Origin: the human T2T-CHM13v2.0 reference genome, Homo sapiens
Length of the DNA stretch: 64,000 nucleotides
Assembly (NCBI RefSeq): GCF_009914755.1
Contig: NC_060925.1
Reading direction: 5' to 3' (one strand)
The position numbers and the translations under genes are program-made. The notes under the pieces were generated by a model. It saw only the letters and a list, made by a program, of their open reading frames with translations, did no database searches and had not been told where the DNA came from. Positions 31,101 through 45,900 of this stretch are shown piece after piece (the stretch's first letter is position 1; each line of letters begins with the position of its first letter).

Positions 31101-31949
31101 TGAATGGACTCGAATGGAATCTACATCAAACGGAATCAAGCGGAATTATTGAATGGAATCAAAGAGAATCATCGAATGGTCTCGAATGGAATCATCTTCT
31201 AATGGAAAGGAATGGAATCATCTCATAGAATCGAATGGAATTAACATTGAATGGACTCGAATGGAATCAACATCAAATGGAATCAAGCGGAATTATCGAA
31301 TGAAATCGAAGAGAATCATCGAATGGACTCGAATGGAATCATCTAATGGAATGGAATGGAATAATCCACGGACTCGAATGCAATCATCATCGTATAGAAT
31401 CGAATGGAATCATCGAAAGGACTCGAATGGAATAACCATTGAACGGAATCGAATGGAATCATCATCGGATGGAAACGAATGGAATCATCATCGAATGGAA
31501 ATGAAAGGAGTCATCATCTAATGGAATTGCATGGAATCATCATAAAATGGAATCGAATGGAATCATCATCAAATGGAATCAAATGGAATCATTGAACGGA
31601 ATTGAATGGAATCGTCATCGAATGAATTGAATGCAATCATCAAATGGTCTCGAATGGAATCATCTTCAAATGGAATGGAATGGAATCATCGCATAGAATC
31701 GAATGGAATTATCATCAAATGGAATCGAATGGTATCAACATCAAACGGAAAAAAACGGAATTATCGAATGGAATCGAAGAGAATCTTCGAACGGACCCGA
31801 ATGGAATCATCTAATGGAATGGAATGGAATAATCCATGGACTCGAATGCAATCATCATCGAATGGAATCGAATGGAATCATTGAATGGACTCGAATGGAA
31901 TAATCATTGAACGGAATCGAATGGAATCATCATCGGATGGAAACGAATG

Positions 31950-33610
31950 GAATCATCATCGAATGGAATCGAATAGAATTATGGAATGAAATCCAGTGTG
32001 ATCATCATCGAATGGACCCGAATGGAATCATCATCCAACGGAAGCTAATGGAATCAACATCGAATGAATCGAAAGGAAACACCATCGAATTGAAACGAAT
32101 GGAATTATCATGAAATTGAAATGGATGGACTCATCATCGAATGGATTCGAATGGAATCATCGAATAAAATTGATTGAAATCATCATCGAATGGAATCGAA
32201 TGGTATCATTGAATGGAATCGAATGGAATCATCATCAGATGGAAATGAATGGAATCGTCATAGAATGGAATCGGATGGATTCATTGAATGGAATCAGATG
32301 GAATCATCGAATGGACTGGAATGGAATCATTGAATGGACTCGAAAGGGATCATTATTGAATGGAATTGAATGGAATCATCGAATGGTCTCGATTGGAATC
32401 ATTATCAAATGGAATCGAATGGAATCACCGAATAGAATCGAATGGAACAATCATCGAATGGACTCAAATGGAATTATCCTCAAATGGAATCGAATGGAAT
32501 TATCGAATGCAATCGAATGGAATTATCGAATGCAATCGAATAGAATCATCGAATGGACTCGAATGGAATCATCGAATGGAATGGAATGGAACAGTCAATG
32601 AACTCGAATGGAATCATCATTGAATGGAATCGAATGGAATCATCGAGTGGAATCGAATGGAATTAAGATCAAATGGAATCGAATGTAATCATCATCAAAT
32701 GGAATCAAAAATAACCATCATCAATTGGTATTGAATGGAATTGTCATCAAATGGAATTCAAAGGAATCATCATCAAATGGAACCGAATGGAATCCTCGTT
32801 GAATGGAAATGAAAGGGGTCATCATCTAATGGAATCGCATGGAAACATCATAAAATGGAATCGAATGGAATCAACATCAAATGGAATCAAATGGAATCAT
32901 TGAACGGAATTGAATGGAATGGTCATCGAAAGAATTGAATGCAATCATCGAATGGTCTCGAATGGAATCATCTTCAAATGGAATGGAATTGAATCATCGC
33001 ATAGAATCGAAAGGAATTATCATCGAATGGAATCGAATGGAATCAACACCAAACGGAAAAAAACGGAATTATCGAATGGAATCGAAGAGAATCATCGAAT
33101 GGACCCGAATGGAATCATCTAATGGAATGGAATGGAATAATCCATGGACTCGAATGCAATCATCATCGAATGGAATCGAATGGAATCATCGAATGGACTC
33201 GAATGGAATAATCATTGAACGCATTCGAATGGAATCATCATCGGATGGAAACGAATGGAATCATCATCGAATGGAATCGAATAGAATTATGGAATGAAAT
33301 CCAGTGTGATCATCATCGAATGGACCCGAATGGAATCATCATCCAACGGAAGCTAATGGAATCAACATCGAATGAATCAAATGGAAACACCATCGAATTG
33401 AAACGAATGGAATTACCATGACATTGAAATGGATGGACTCATCATCAAATGGATTCGAATGGAATCATCGAATAAAATTGATTGAAATCATCATCGAATG
33501 GAATCGAATGGTATCATTGAATGGAATCGAATGGAATCATCATCAGATGGAAATGAATGGAATCGTCATAGAATGGAATCGAATGGATTCATTGAATGGA
33601 ATCAGATGGA
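31950..33610 (+). repeat. About 1.65-kb block duplicated at about 36810-38470 (offset 4860)
   Basis: Shared rare variants: TCGGATGGAT 32271/37131, AATTAAGATC 32661/37521, AATCCTCGTT 32791/37651, GCATTCGAAT 33221/38081, ATGACATTG 33418/38278. Confidence 0.92.
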
Positions 33611-36600
33611 ATCATCGAATGGACTGGAATGGAATCATTGAATGGACTCGAAAGGGATCATTATTGAATGGAATTGAATGGAATCATCGAATGGTCTCGA
33701 TTGGAATCATTATCAAATGGAATCGAATGGAATCACCGAATAGAATCGAATGGAACAATCATCGAATGGACTCAAATGGAATTATCCTCAAATGGAATCG
33801 AATGGAATTATCGAATGCAATCGAATGGAATTATCGAATGCAATCGAATAGAATCATCGAATGGACTCGAATGGAATCATCGAATGGAATGGAATGGAAC
33901 AGTCAATGAACTCGAATGGAATCATCATTGAATGGAATCGAATGGAATCATCGAGTGGAATCGAATGGAATTATGATCAAATGGAATCGAATGTAATCAT
34001 CATCAAATGGAATCAAAAATAACCATCATCAATTGGTATTGAATGGAATTCTCATCAAATGGAATTCAAAGGAATCATCATCAAATGGAACTGAATGGAA
34101 TCCTCATTGAATGGAAATGAAAGGGGTCATCATCTAATGGAATCGCATGGAATCATCATCAAATGGAATCGAATGGAATCACCATCAAATGGAATCTGAT
34201 GGAATCATTGAACAGAATTGAACGGAATCGTCATCGAATGAATTGAATGCAATCATCTCATGGTCTCGAATGTAATCACATTCTAATGGAAAGGAATGGA
34301 ATCATCGCATAGAATCGAATGGAATTAACATTGAATGGACTCGAATGGAATCAACATCAAACGGAATCAAGCGGAATTATCGAATGGAATCGAAGAGAAT
34401 CATCGAATGGACTCGAATGGAATCATCTATTGGAATGGAATGGAATAATCCACGGACCCGAATGCAATCATCATAGTATAGAATCGAATGGAATCATCGA
34501 ATGGACTCGAATGGAATAATCATTGAACGGAATCGAATGGAATCATCATCGGATGGAAACGAATGGAATCATCATCGAATGGAAATGAAAGGAGTCATCA
34601 TCTAATGGAATTGCATGGAATCATCATAAAATGGAATCGAATGGAATCAACATCAAATGGAATCAAATGGAATCATTGAACGGAATTGAATGGAATCGTC
34701 ATCGAATGAATTGAATGCAATCATCGAATGGTCTCGAATGGAATCATCTTCAAATGGAATGGAATGGAATCATCGCATAGAATCGAATGGAATTATCATC
34801 GAATGGAATCGAATGGTATCAACATCAAACGGAAAAAAACGGAATTATCGAATGGAATCAAAGAGAATCTTCGAACGTACCCGAATGGAATCATCTAATG
34901 GAGTGGAATGGAATAATCCATGGACTCGAATGCAATCATCATCGAATGGAATCGAATGGAATCATCGAATGGACTCGAATGGAATAATCATTGAACGGAA
35001 TCGAATGGAATCATCATCGGATGGAAATAAATGGAATGATCATCGAATGGAATCGAATATAATTATGGAATGAAATCCAGTGTGATCATCATCGAATGGA
35101 CCCGAATGGAATCATCATCCAACGGAAGCTAATGGAATCAACATCGAATGAATCGAATGGAAACACCATCGAATTGAAACGAATGGAATTATCATGAAAT
35201 TGAAATGGATGGACTCATCATCGAATGGATTCGAATGGAATCATCGAATAAAATTGATTGAAATCATCATCAAATGGAATCGAATGGTGTCATTGAATGG
35301 GATCGAATGGAATCATCGTCAGATGGAAATGAATGGAATCGTCATAGAATGGAATCGAATGGATTCATTGAATGGAATCAGATGGAATCATCGAATGGAC
35401 TGGAATGGAATCATTGAATGGACTCGAATGGAATCATTATTGAATGGAATTGAATGGAATCATCGAATGGTCTCGATTGGAATCATTATCAAATGGAATC
35501 GAATGGAATCACCGAATAGAATCGAATGGAACAATCATCGAATGGACTCAAATGGAATTATCCTCAAATGGAATGGAATGGAATTATCGAATGCAATCGA
35601 ATGGAATTATCGAATGCAATCGAATAGAATCATGGAATGGACTCGAATGGAATCATCGAATGGAATGGAATGGAACAGTCAATGAACTCGAATGGAATCA
35701 TCATTGAATGGAATCGAATGGAATCATCGAGTGGAATCGAATGGAATTATGATCAAATGGAATCGAATGTAATCCTCATCAAATGGAATCAAAAATAACC
35801 ATCATCAATTGGTATTGAATGGAATTGTCATCAAATGGAATTCAAAGGAATCATCATCAAATGGAACCGAATGGAATCCTCATTGAATGGAAATGAAAGT
35901 GGTCATCATCTAATGGAATCGCATGGAATCATCATCAAATGGAATCGAATGGAATCATCATCAAATGGAATCTAATGGAATCATTGAACAGAATTGAATG
36001 GAATCGTCATCGAATGAATTGAATGCAATCATCGAATGGTCTCGAATGGAATCATCTTCAAATGGAAAGGAATGGAATCATCGCATAGAATCGAATGGAA
36101 TTATCATCGAATGGAATCCAATGGTATCAACATCAAACGGAAAAAAACGGAATTATGGAATGGAATCGAAGAGAATCTTCGAACGGACCCGAATGGAATC
36201 ATCTAATGGAATGGAATGGAATAATCCATGGACTCGAATGCAATCATCATCGAATGGAATCGAATGGAATCATCGAATGGACTCGTATGGAATAATCATT
36301 GAATGGAATCGAATGGAATCATCTTCGGATGGAAACGAATGGAATCATCATCGAATGGAAATCAAAGGAGTCATCATCTAATGGAATTGCATGGAATCAT
36401 CATAAAATGGAATCGAATGGAATCAACATCAAATGGAATCAAATGGAATCATTGAACGGAATTGAATGGAATCGTCATCGAATGAATTCAATGCAATCAT
36501 CGAATGGTCTCGAATGGAATCATCTTCAAATGGAATGGAATGGAATCATCGCATAGAATCGAATGGAATTATCATCGAATGGAATCGAATGGAATCAACA

Positions 36601-36930
36601 TCCAACGGAAAAAAACGGAATTATCGAATGGAATCGAAGAGAATCATCGAATGGACCTGAATGGAATCATGTAATGGAATGGAATGGAATAATCCATGGA
36701 CTCGAATGCAATCATCATCGAATGGAATCGAATGGAATCATCGAATGGACTCGAATGGAATAATCATTGAACGGAATCGAATGGAATCATCATCGGATGG
36801 AAATGAATGGAATCATCATCGAATGGAATCGAATAGAATTATGGAATGAAATCCAGTGTGATCATCATCGAATGGACCCGAATGGAATCATCATCCAACG
36901 GAAGCTAATGGAATCAACATCGAATGAATC
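33600..36930 (+). repeat. About 3.3-kb block duplicated at about 46130-49460 (offset 12530)
   Basis: Rare variants shared at a constant offset: AATCATCTCATGG 34251/46781, GGAAATAAATGGAATGAT 35023/47553, ACTCGTATGG 36281/48811, ATCAAAGGAG 36361/48891, GGACCTGAATGGAATCATGT 36653/49183. Confidence 0.92.
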
Positions 36931-39900
36931 GAAAGGAAACACCATCGAATTGAAACGAATGGAATTATCATGAAATTGAAATGGATGGACTCATCATCGA
37001 ATGGATTCGAATGGAATCATCGAATAAAATTGATTGAAATCATCATCGAATGGAATCGAATGGTATCATTGAATGGAATCGAATGGAATCATCATCAGAT
37101 GGAAATGAATGGAATCGTCATAGAATGGAATCGGATGGATTCATTGAATGGAATCAGATGGAATCATCGAATGGACTGGAATGGAATCATTGAATGGACT
37201 CGAAAGGGATCATTATTGAATGGAATTGAATGGAATCATCGAATGGTCTCGATTGGAATCATTATCAAATGGAATCGAATGGAATCACCGAATAGAATCG
37301 AATGGAACAATCATCGAATGGACTCAAATGGAATTATCCTCAAATGGAATCGAATGGAATTATCGAATGCAATCGAATGGAATTATCGAATGCAATCGAA
37401 TAGAATCATCGAATGGACTCGAATGGAATCATCGAATGGAATGGAATGGAACAGTCAATGAACTCGAATGGAATCATCATTGAATGGAATCGAATGGAAT
37501 CATCGAGTGGAATCGAATGGAATTAAGATCAAATGGAATCGAATGTAATCATCATCAAATGGAATCAAAAATAACCATCATCAATTGGTATTGAATGGAA
37601 TTGTCATCAAATGGAATTCAAAGGAATCATCATCAAATGGAACCGAATGGAATCCTCGTTGAATGGAAATGAAAGGGGTCATCATCTAATGGAATCGCAT
37701 GGAAACATCATAAAATGGAATCGAATGGAATCAACATCAAATGGAATCAAATGGAATCATTGAACGGAATTGAATGGAATGGTCATCGAAAGAATTCAAT
37801 GCAATCATCGAATGGTCTCGAATGGAATCATCTTCAAATGGAATGGAATTGAATCATCGCATAGAATCGAAAGGAATTATCATCGAATGGAATCGAATGG
37901 AATCAACACCAAACGGAAAAAAACGGAATTATCGAATGGAATCGAAGAGAATCATCGAATGGACCCGAATGGAATCATCTAATGGAATGGAATGGAATAA
38001 TCCATGGACTCGAATGCAATCATCATCGAATGGAATCGAATGGAATCATCGAATGGACTCGAATGGAATAATCATTGAACGCATTCGAATGGAATCATCA
38101 TCAGATGGAAACGAATGGAATCATCATCGAATGGAATCGAATAGAATTATGGAATGAAATCCAGTGTGATCATCATCGAATGGACCCGAATGGAATCATC
38201 ATCCAACGGAAGCTAATGGAATCAACATCGAATGAATCAAATGGAAACACCATCGAATTGAAACGAATGGAATTACCATGACATTGAAATGGATGGACTC
38301 ATCATCAAATGGATTCGAATGGAATCATCGAATAAAATTGATTGAAATCATCATCGAATGGAATCGAATGGTATCATTGAATGGAATCGAATGGAATCAT
38401 CATCAGATGGAAATGAATGGAATCGTCATAGAATGGAATCGAATGGATTCATTGAATGGAATCAGATGGAATCATTGAATGGACTGGAATGGAATCATTG
38501 AATGGACTCGAAAGGGATCATTATTGAATGGAATTGAATGGAATCATCGAATGGTCTCGATAGGAATCATTATCAAATGGAATCGAATGGAATCACCGAA
38601 TAGAATCGAATGGAACAATCATCGAATGGACTCAAATGGAATTATCCTCTAATGGAATCGAATGGAATTATCGAATGCAATCGAATGGAATTATCGAATG
38701 CAATCGAATAGAATCATCGAATGGACTCGAATGGAATCATCGAATGGAATGGAATGGAACAGTCAATGAACTCGAATGGAATCATCATTGAATGGAATCG
38801 AATGGAATCATCGAGTGGAATCGAAAGGAATTATGACCAAATGGAATCGAATGTAATCATCATCAAATGGAATCAAAAATAAACATCATCAATTGGTATT
38901 GAATGGAATTGTCATCAAATGGAATTCAAAGGAATCATCATCAAATGGAACCGAATGGAATCCTCATTGAATGGAAATGAAAGGGGTCATCATCTAATGG
39001 AATCGCATGGAATCATCATCAAATGGAATCGAATGGAATCATCATCAAATGGAATCTAATGGAATCATTGAAAAGAATTGAATGGAATAGTCATCGAATG
39101 AATTGAATGCAATCATCGAATGGTCTCGAATGGAATCATCTTCTAATGGAAAGGAATGGAATCATCGCATAGAATCGAATGGAATTATCATCGAATGGAA
39201 TCGAATGGTATCAACACCAAACGGAAAAAAACGGAATTATCGAATGGAATCGAAGAGAATCTTCGAACGGACCCGAATGGAATCATCTAATGGAATGGAA
39301 TGGAATAATCCATGGACTCGAATGCAATCATCATCGAATGGAATCGAATGGAATCATCGAATGGACTCGAATGGAATAATCATTGAACGGAATCGAATGG
39401 AATCATCATCGGATGGAAACGAATGGAATCATCATCGAATGGAAGTGAAAGGAGTCATCATCTAATGGAATTGCATGGAATCATCATCAAATGGAATCGA
39501 ATGGAATCAACATCAAATGGAATCAAATGGAATCATTGAACGGAATTGAATGGAATCGTCATCGAATGAATTGAATGCAATCATCAAATGGTCTCGAATG
39601 TAATCACATTCTAATGGAAAGGAATGGAATCGTCGCATAGAATCGAATGGAATTAACATTGAATGGACTCGAATGGAATCTACATCAAACGGAATCAAGC
39701 GGAATTATCGAATGGAATCGAAGAGAATCATCGAATGGTCTCGAATGGAATCATCTTCTAATGGAAAGGAATGGAATCATCTCATAGAATCGAATGGAAT
39801 TAACATTGAATGGACTCGAATGGAATCAACATCAAATGGAATCAAGGGGAATTATCGAATGAAATCGAAGAGAATCATCGAATGGACTCGAATGAAATCA

Positions 39901-42900
39901 TCTAATGGAATGGAATGGAATAATCCATGGACTCGAATGCAATCATCATCGTATAGAATCGAATGGAATCATCGAAAGGACTCGAATGGAATAACCATTG
40001 AACGGAATCGAATGGAATCATCATCGGATGGAAACGAATGGAATCATCATCGAATGGAAATGAAAGGAGTCATCATCTAATGGAATTGCATGGAATCATC
40101 ATAAAATGGAATCGAATGGAATCATCATCAAATGGAATCAAATGGAATCATTGAACGGAATTGAATGGAATCGTCATCGAATGAATTGAATGCAATCATC
40201 AAATGGTCTCGAAAGGAATCATCTTCAAATGGAATGGAATGGAATCATCGCATAGAATCGAATGGAATTATCATCGAATGGAATCGAATGGTATCAACAT
40301 CAAACGGAAAAAAACGGAATTATCGAATGGAATCGAAGAGAATCTTCGAACGGACCCGAATGGAATCATCTAATGGAATGGAATGGAATAATCCATGGAC
40401 TCGAATGCAATCATCATCGAATGGAATCGAATGGAATCATCGAATGGACTCGAATGGAATAATCATTGAACGGAATCGAATGGAATCATCATCGGATGGA
40501 AACGAAAGGAATCATCATCGAATGGAATCGAATAGAATTATGGAATGAAATCCAGTGTGATCATCATCGAATGGTCCCGAATGGAATCATCATCCAACGG
40601 AAGCTAATGGAATCAACATCGAATGAATCGAAAGGAAACACCATCGAATTGAAACGAATGGAATTATCATGAAATTGAAATGGATGGACTCATCATCGAA
40701 TGGATTCGAATGGAATCATCGAATAAAATTGATTGAAATCATCATCGAATGGAATCGAATGGTATCATTGAATGGAATCGAATGGAATCATCATCAGATG
40801 GAAATGAATGGAATCGTCATAGAATGGAATCGAATGGATTCATTGAATGGAATCAGATGGAATCATCGAATGGACTGGAATGGAATCATTGAATGGACTC
40901 GAAAGGGATCATTATTGAATGGAATTGAATGGAATCATCGAATGGTCTCGATTGGAATCATTATCAAATGGAATCGAATGGAATCACCGAATAGAATCGA
41001 ATGGAACAATCATCGAATGGACTCAAATGGAATTATCCTCAAATGGAATCGAATGGAATTATCGAATGCAATCGAATGGAATTATCGAATGCAATCGAAT
41101 AGAATCATCGAATGGACTCGAATGGAATCATCGAATGGAATGGAATGGAACAGTCAATGAACTCGAATGGAATCATCATTGAATGGAATCGAATGGAATC
41201 ATCGAGTGGAATCGAATGGAATTATGATCAAATGGAATCGAATGTAATCATCATCAAATGGAATCAACAATAACCATCATCAATTGGTATTGAATGGAAT
41301 TGTCATCAAATGGAATTCAAAGGAATCATCATCAAATGGAACCGAATGGAATCCTCATTGAATGGAAATGAAAGGGGTCATCATCTAATGGAATCGCATG
41401 GAATCATCATCAAATGGAATCGAATGGAATCATCATCAAATGGAATCTAATGGAATCATTGAAAAGAATTGAATGGAATCATCATCGAATGAATTGAATG
41501 CAATCATCGAATGGTCTCGAATGGAATCATCTTCTAATGGAAAGGAATGGAATCATCGCATAGAATCGAATGGAATTATCATCGAATGGAATCGAATGGT
41601 ATCAACACCAAACGGAAAAAAACGGAATTATCGAATGGAATCGAAGAGAATCAACGAACGGACCCGAATGGAATCATCTAATGGAACGGAATGGAATAAT
41701 CCATGGACTCGAATGCAATCATCATCGAATGGAATCGAATGGAATCATCGAATGGACTCGAATGGAATAATCATTGAACGGAATCGAATGGAATCATCAT
41801 CGGATGGAAACGAATGGAATCATCATCGAATGGAAATGAAAGGAGTCATCATCTAATGGAATTGCATGGAATCATCATAAAATGGAATCGAATGGAATCA
41901 ACATCAAATGGAATCAAATGGAATCATTGAACGGAATTGAATGGAATCGTCATCGAATGAATTGAATGCAATCATCGAATGGTCTCGAATGGAATCATCT
42001 TCAAATGGAATGGAATGGAATCATCGCATAGAATCGAATGGAATTATCATCGAATGGAATCGAATGGAATCAACATCAAACGGAAAAAAACGGAATTATC
42101 GAATGGAATCGAAGAGAATCATCGAATGGACCCGAATGGAATCATCTAATGGAATGGAATGGAATAATCCATGGACTCGAATGCAATCATCATCGAATGG
42201 AATCGAATGGAATCATCGAATGGACTCGAATGGAATAATCATTGAACGGAATCGAATGGAATCATCATCGGATGGAAATGAATGGAATCATCATCGAATG
42301 GAATCGAATAGAATTATGGAATGAAATCCAGTGTGATCATCATCGAATGGACCCGAATGGAATCATCATCCAACGGAAGCTAATGGAATCAACATCGAAT
42401 GAATCAAATGGAAACACCATCGAATTGAAACGAATGGAATTACCATGAAATTGAAATGGATGGACTCATCATCAAATGGATTCGAGTGGAATCATCGAAT
42501 AAAATTGATTGAAATCATCATCGAATGGAATCGAATGGTATCATTGAATGGAATCGAATGGAATCATCATCAGATGGAAATGAAAGGAATCGTCATAGAA
42601 TGGAATCGAATGGATTCATTGAATGGAATCAGATGGAATCATTGAATGGACTGGAATGGAATCATTGAATGGACTCGAAAGGGATCATTATTGAATGGAA
42701 TTGAATGGAATCATCGAATGGTCTCGATTGGAATCATTATCAAATGGAATCGAATGGAATCACCGAATAGAATCGAATGGAACAATCATCGAATGGACTC
42801 AAATGGAATTATCCTCAAATGGAATCGAATGGAATTATCGAATGCAATCAAATAGAATCATCGAATGGACTCGAATGGAATCATCGAATGGAATGGAATG

Positions 42901-45900
42901 GAACAGTCAATGAACTCGAATGGAATCATCATTGAATGGAATCGAATGGAATCATCGAGTGGAATCGAATGTAATCATCATCAAATGGAATCAAAAATAA
43001 CCATCATCAAATGGAATCAAAAATAACCATCATCAATTGGTATTGAATGGAATTCTCATAAAATGGAATTCAAAGGAATCATCATCAAATGGAACCGAAT
43101 GGAATCCTCATTGAATGGAAATGAAAGGGGTCATCATGTAATGGAATCGCATGGAATCATCATAAAATGGAATCGAATGGAATCAACATCAAATGGAATC
43201 AAATGGAATCATTGAACGGAATTGAATGGAATGGTCATCGAAAGAATTGAATGCAATCATCGAATGGTCTCGAATGGAATCATCTTCAAATGGAATGGAA
43301 TGGAATCATCGCATAGAATCGAAAGGAATTGTCATCGAATGGAATCGAATGGAATCAACACCAAACGGAAAAAAACGGAATTATCGAATGGAATCGAAGA
43401 GAATCATCGAATGGACCCGAATGGAATCATCTAATGGAATGGAATGGAATAATCCATGGACACGAATGCAATCATCATCGAATGGAATCGAATGGAATCA
43501 TCGAATGGACTCAAATGGAATAATCATTGAACGGAATCGAATGGAATCATCATCGGATGGAAACGAATGGAATCATCATCGAATGGAATCGAATAGAATT
43601 ATGGAATGAAATCCAGTGTGATCATCATCGAATGGACCCGAATGGAATCATCATCCAACGGAAGCTAATGGAATCAACATCGAATGAATCAAATGGAAAC
43701 ACCATCGAATTGAAACGAATGGAATTACCATGAAATTGAAATGGATGGACTCATCATCAAATGGATTCGAATGGAATCATCGAATAAAATTGATTGAAAT
43801 CATCATCGAATGGAATCGAATGGTATCATTGAATGGAATCGAATGGAATCATCATCAGATGGAAATGAATGGAATCGTCATAGAATGGAATCGAATGGAT
43901 TCATTGAATGGAATCAGATGGAATCATTGAATGGACTGGAATGGAATCATTGAATGGACTCGAAAGGGATCATTATTGAATGGAATTGAATGGAATCATC
44001 GAATGGTCTCGATAGGAATCATTATCAAATGGAATCGAATGGAATCACCGAATAGAATCGAATGGAACAATCATCGAATGGACTCAAATGGAATTATCCT
44101 CTAATGGAATCGAATGGAATTATCGAATGCAATCGAATGGAATTATCGAATGCAATCGAATAGAATCATCGAATGGACTCGAATGGAATCATCGAATGGA
44201 ATGGAATGGAACAGTCAATGAACTCGAATGGAATCATCATTGAATGGAATCGAATGGAATCATCGAGTGGAATCGAAAGGAATTATGACCAAATGGAATC
44301 GAATGTAATCATCATCAAATGGAATCAAAAATAACCATCATCAATTGGTATTGAATGGAATTGTCATCAAATGGAATTCAAAGGAATCATCATCAAATGG
44401 AACCGAATGGAATCCTCATTGAATGGAAATGAAAGGGGTCATCATCTAATGGAATCGCATGGAATCATCATCAAATGGAATCGAATGGAATCATCATCAA
44501 ATGGAATCTAATGGAATCATTGAAAAGAATTGAATGGAATCGTCATCGAATGAATTGAATGCAATCATCGAATGGTCTCGAATGGAATCATCTTCTAATG
44601 GAAAGGAATGGAATCATCGCATAGAATCGAATGGAATTATCATCGAATGGAATCGAATGGTATCAACACCAAACGGAAAAAAACGGAATTATCGAATGGA
44701 ATCGAAGAGAATCTTCGAACGGACCCGAATGGAATCATCTAATGGAATGGAATGGAATAATCCATGGACTCGAATGCAATCATCATCGAATGGAATCGAA
44801 TGGAATCATCGAATGGACTCGAATGGAATAATCATTGAACGGAATCGAATGGAATCATCATCGGATGGAAACGAATGGAATCATCATCGAATGGAAGTGA
44901 AAGGAGTCATCATCTAATGGAATTGCATGGAATCATCATCAAATGGAATCGAATGGAATCAACATCAAATGGAATCAAATGGAATCATTGAACGGAATTG
45001 AATGGAATCGTCATCGACTGAATTGAATGCAATCATCGAATGGTCTCGAATGGAATCATCTTCAAATGGAATGGAATGGAATCATCGCATAGAATCGAAT
45101 GGAATTATCATCGAATGGAATCGAATGGAATCAACATCAAACGGAAAAAAACGGAATTATCGAATGGAATCGAAGAGAATCATCGAATGGACCCGAATGG
45201 AATCATCTAATGGAATGGAATGGAATAATCCATGGACTCGAATGCAATCATCATCGAATGGAATCGAATGGAATCATCGAATGGACTCGAATGGAATAAT
45301 CATTGAACGGAATCGAATGGAATCATCATCGGATGGAAATGAAAGGAGTCATCATCTAATGGAATTGCATGTAATCATCATAAAATGGAATCGAATGGAA
45401 TCAACATCAAATTGAATCAAATGGAATCATTGAACGGAATTGAATGGAATCGTCATCGAATGAATTGAATGCAATCATCGAATGGTCTCGAATGGAATCA
45501 TCTTCAAATGGAATGGAATGGAATCATCGCATAGAATCGAATGGAATTATCATCGAATGGAATCGAATGGAATCAACATCAAACGGAAAAAAACGGAATT
45601 ATCGAATGGAATCGAAGAGAATCATCGAATGGACCCGAATGGAATCATCTAATGGAATGGAATGGAATAATCCATGGACTCGAATGCAATCATCATCGAA
45701 TGGAATCGAATGGAATCATCGAATGGACTCGAATGGAATAATCATTGAACGGAATCGAATGGAATCGTCATCGGATGGAAATGAATGGAATCATCATCGA
45801 ATGGAATCGAATAGAATTATGGAATGAAATCCAGTGTGATCATCATCGAATGGACCCGAATGGAATCATCATCCAACGGAAGCTAATGGAATCAACATCG

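Noticed and set aside
39513-39698. The only minus-strand ORF (61 aa, MIPFDVDS...), which might suggest an inversion or insertion
   Set aside because: The + strand there is still GGAAT-oriented. This is the reverse-strand translation of the satellite, with stops removed by chance at a hybrid junction.
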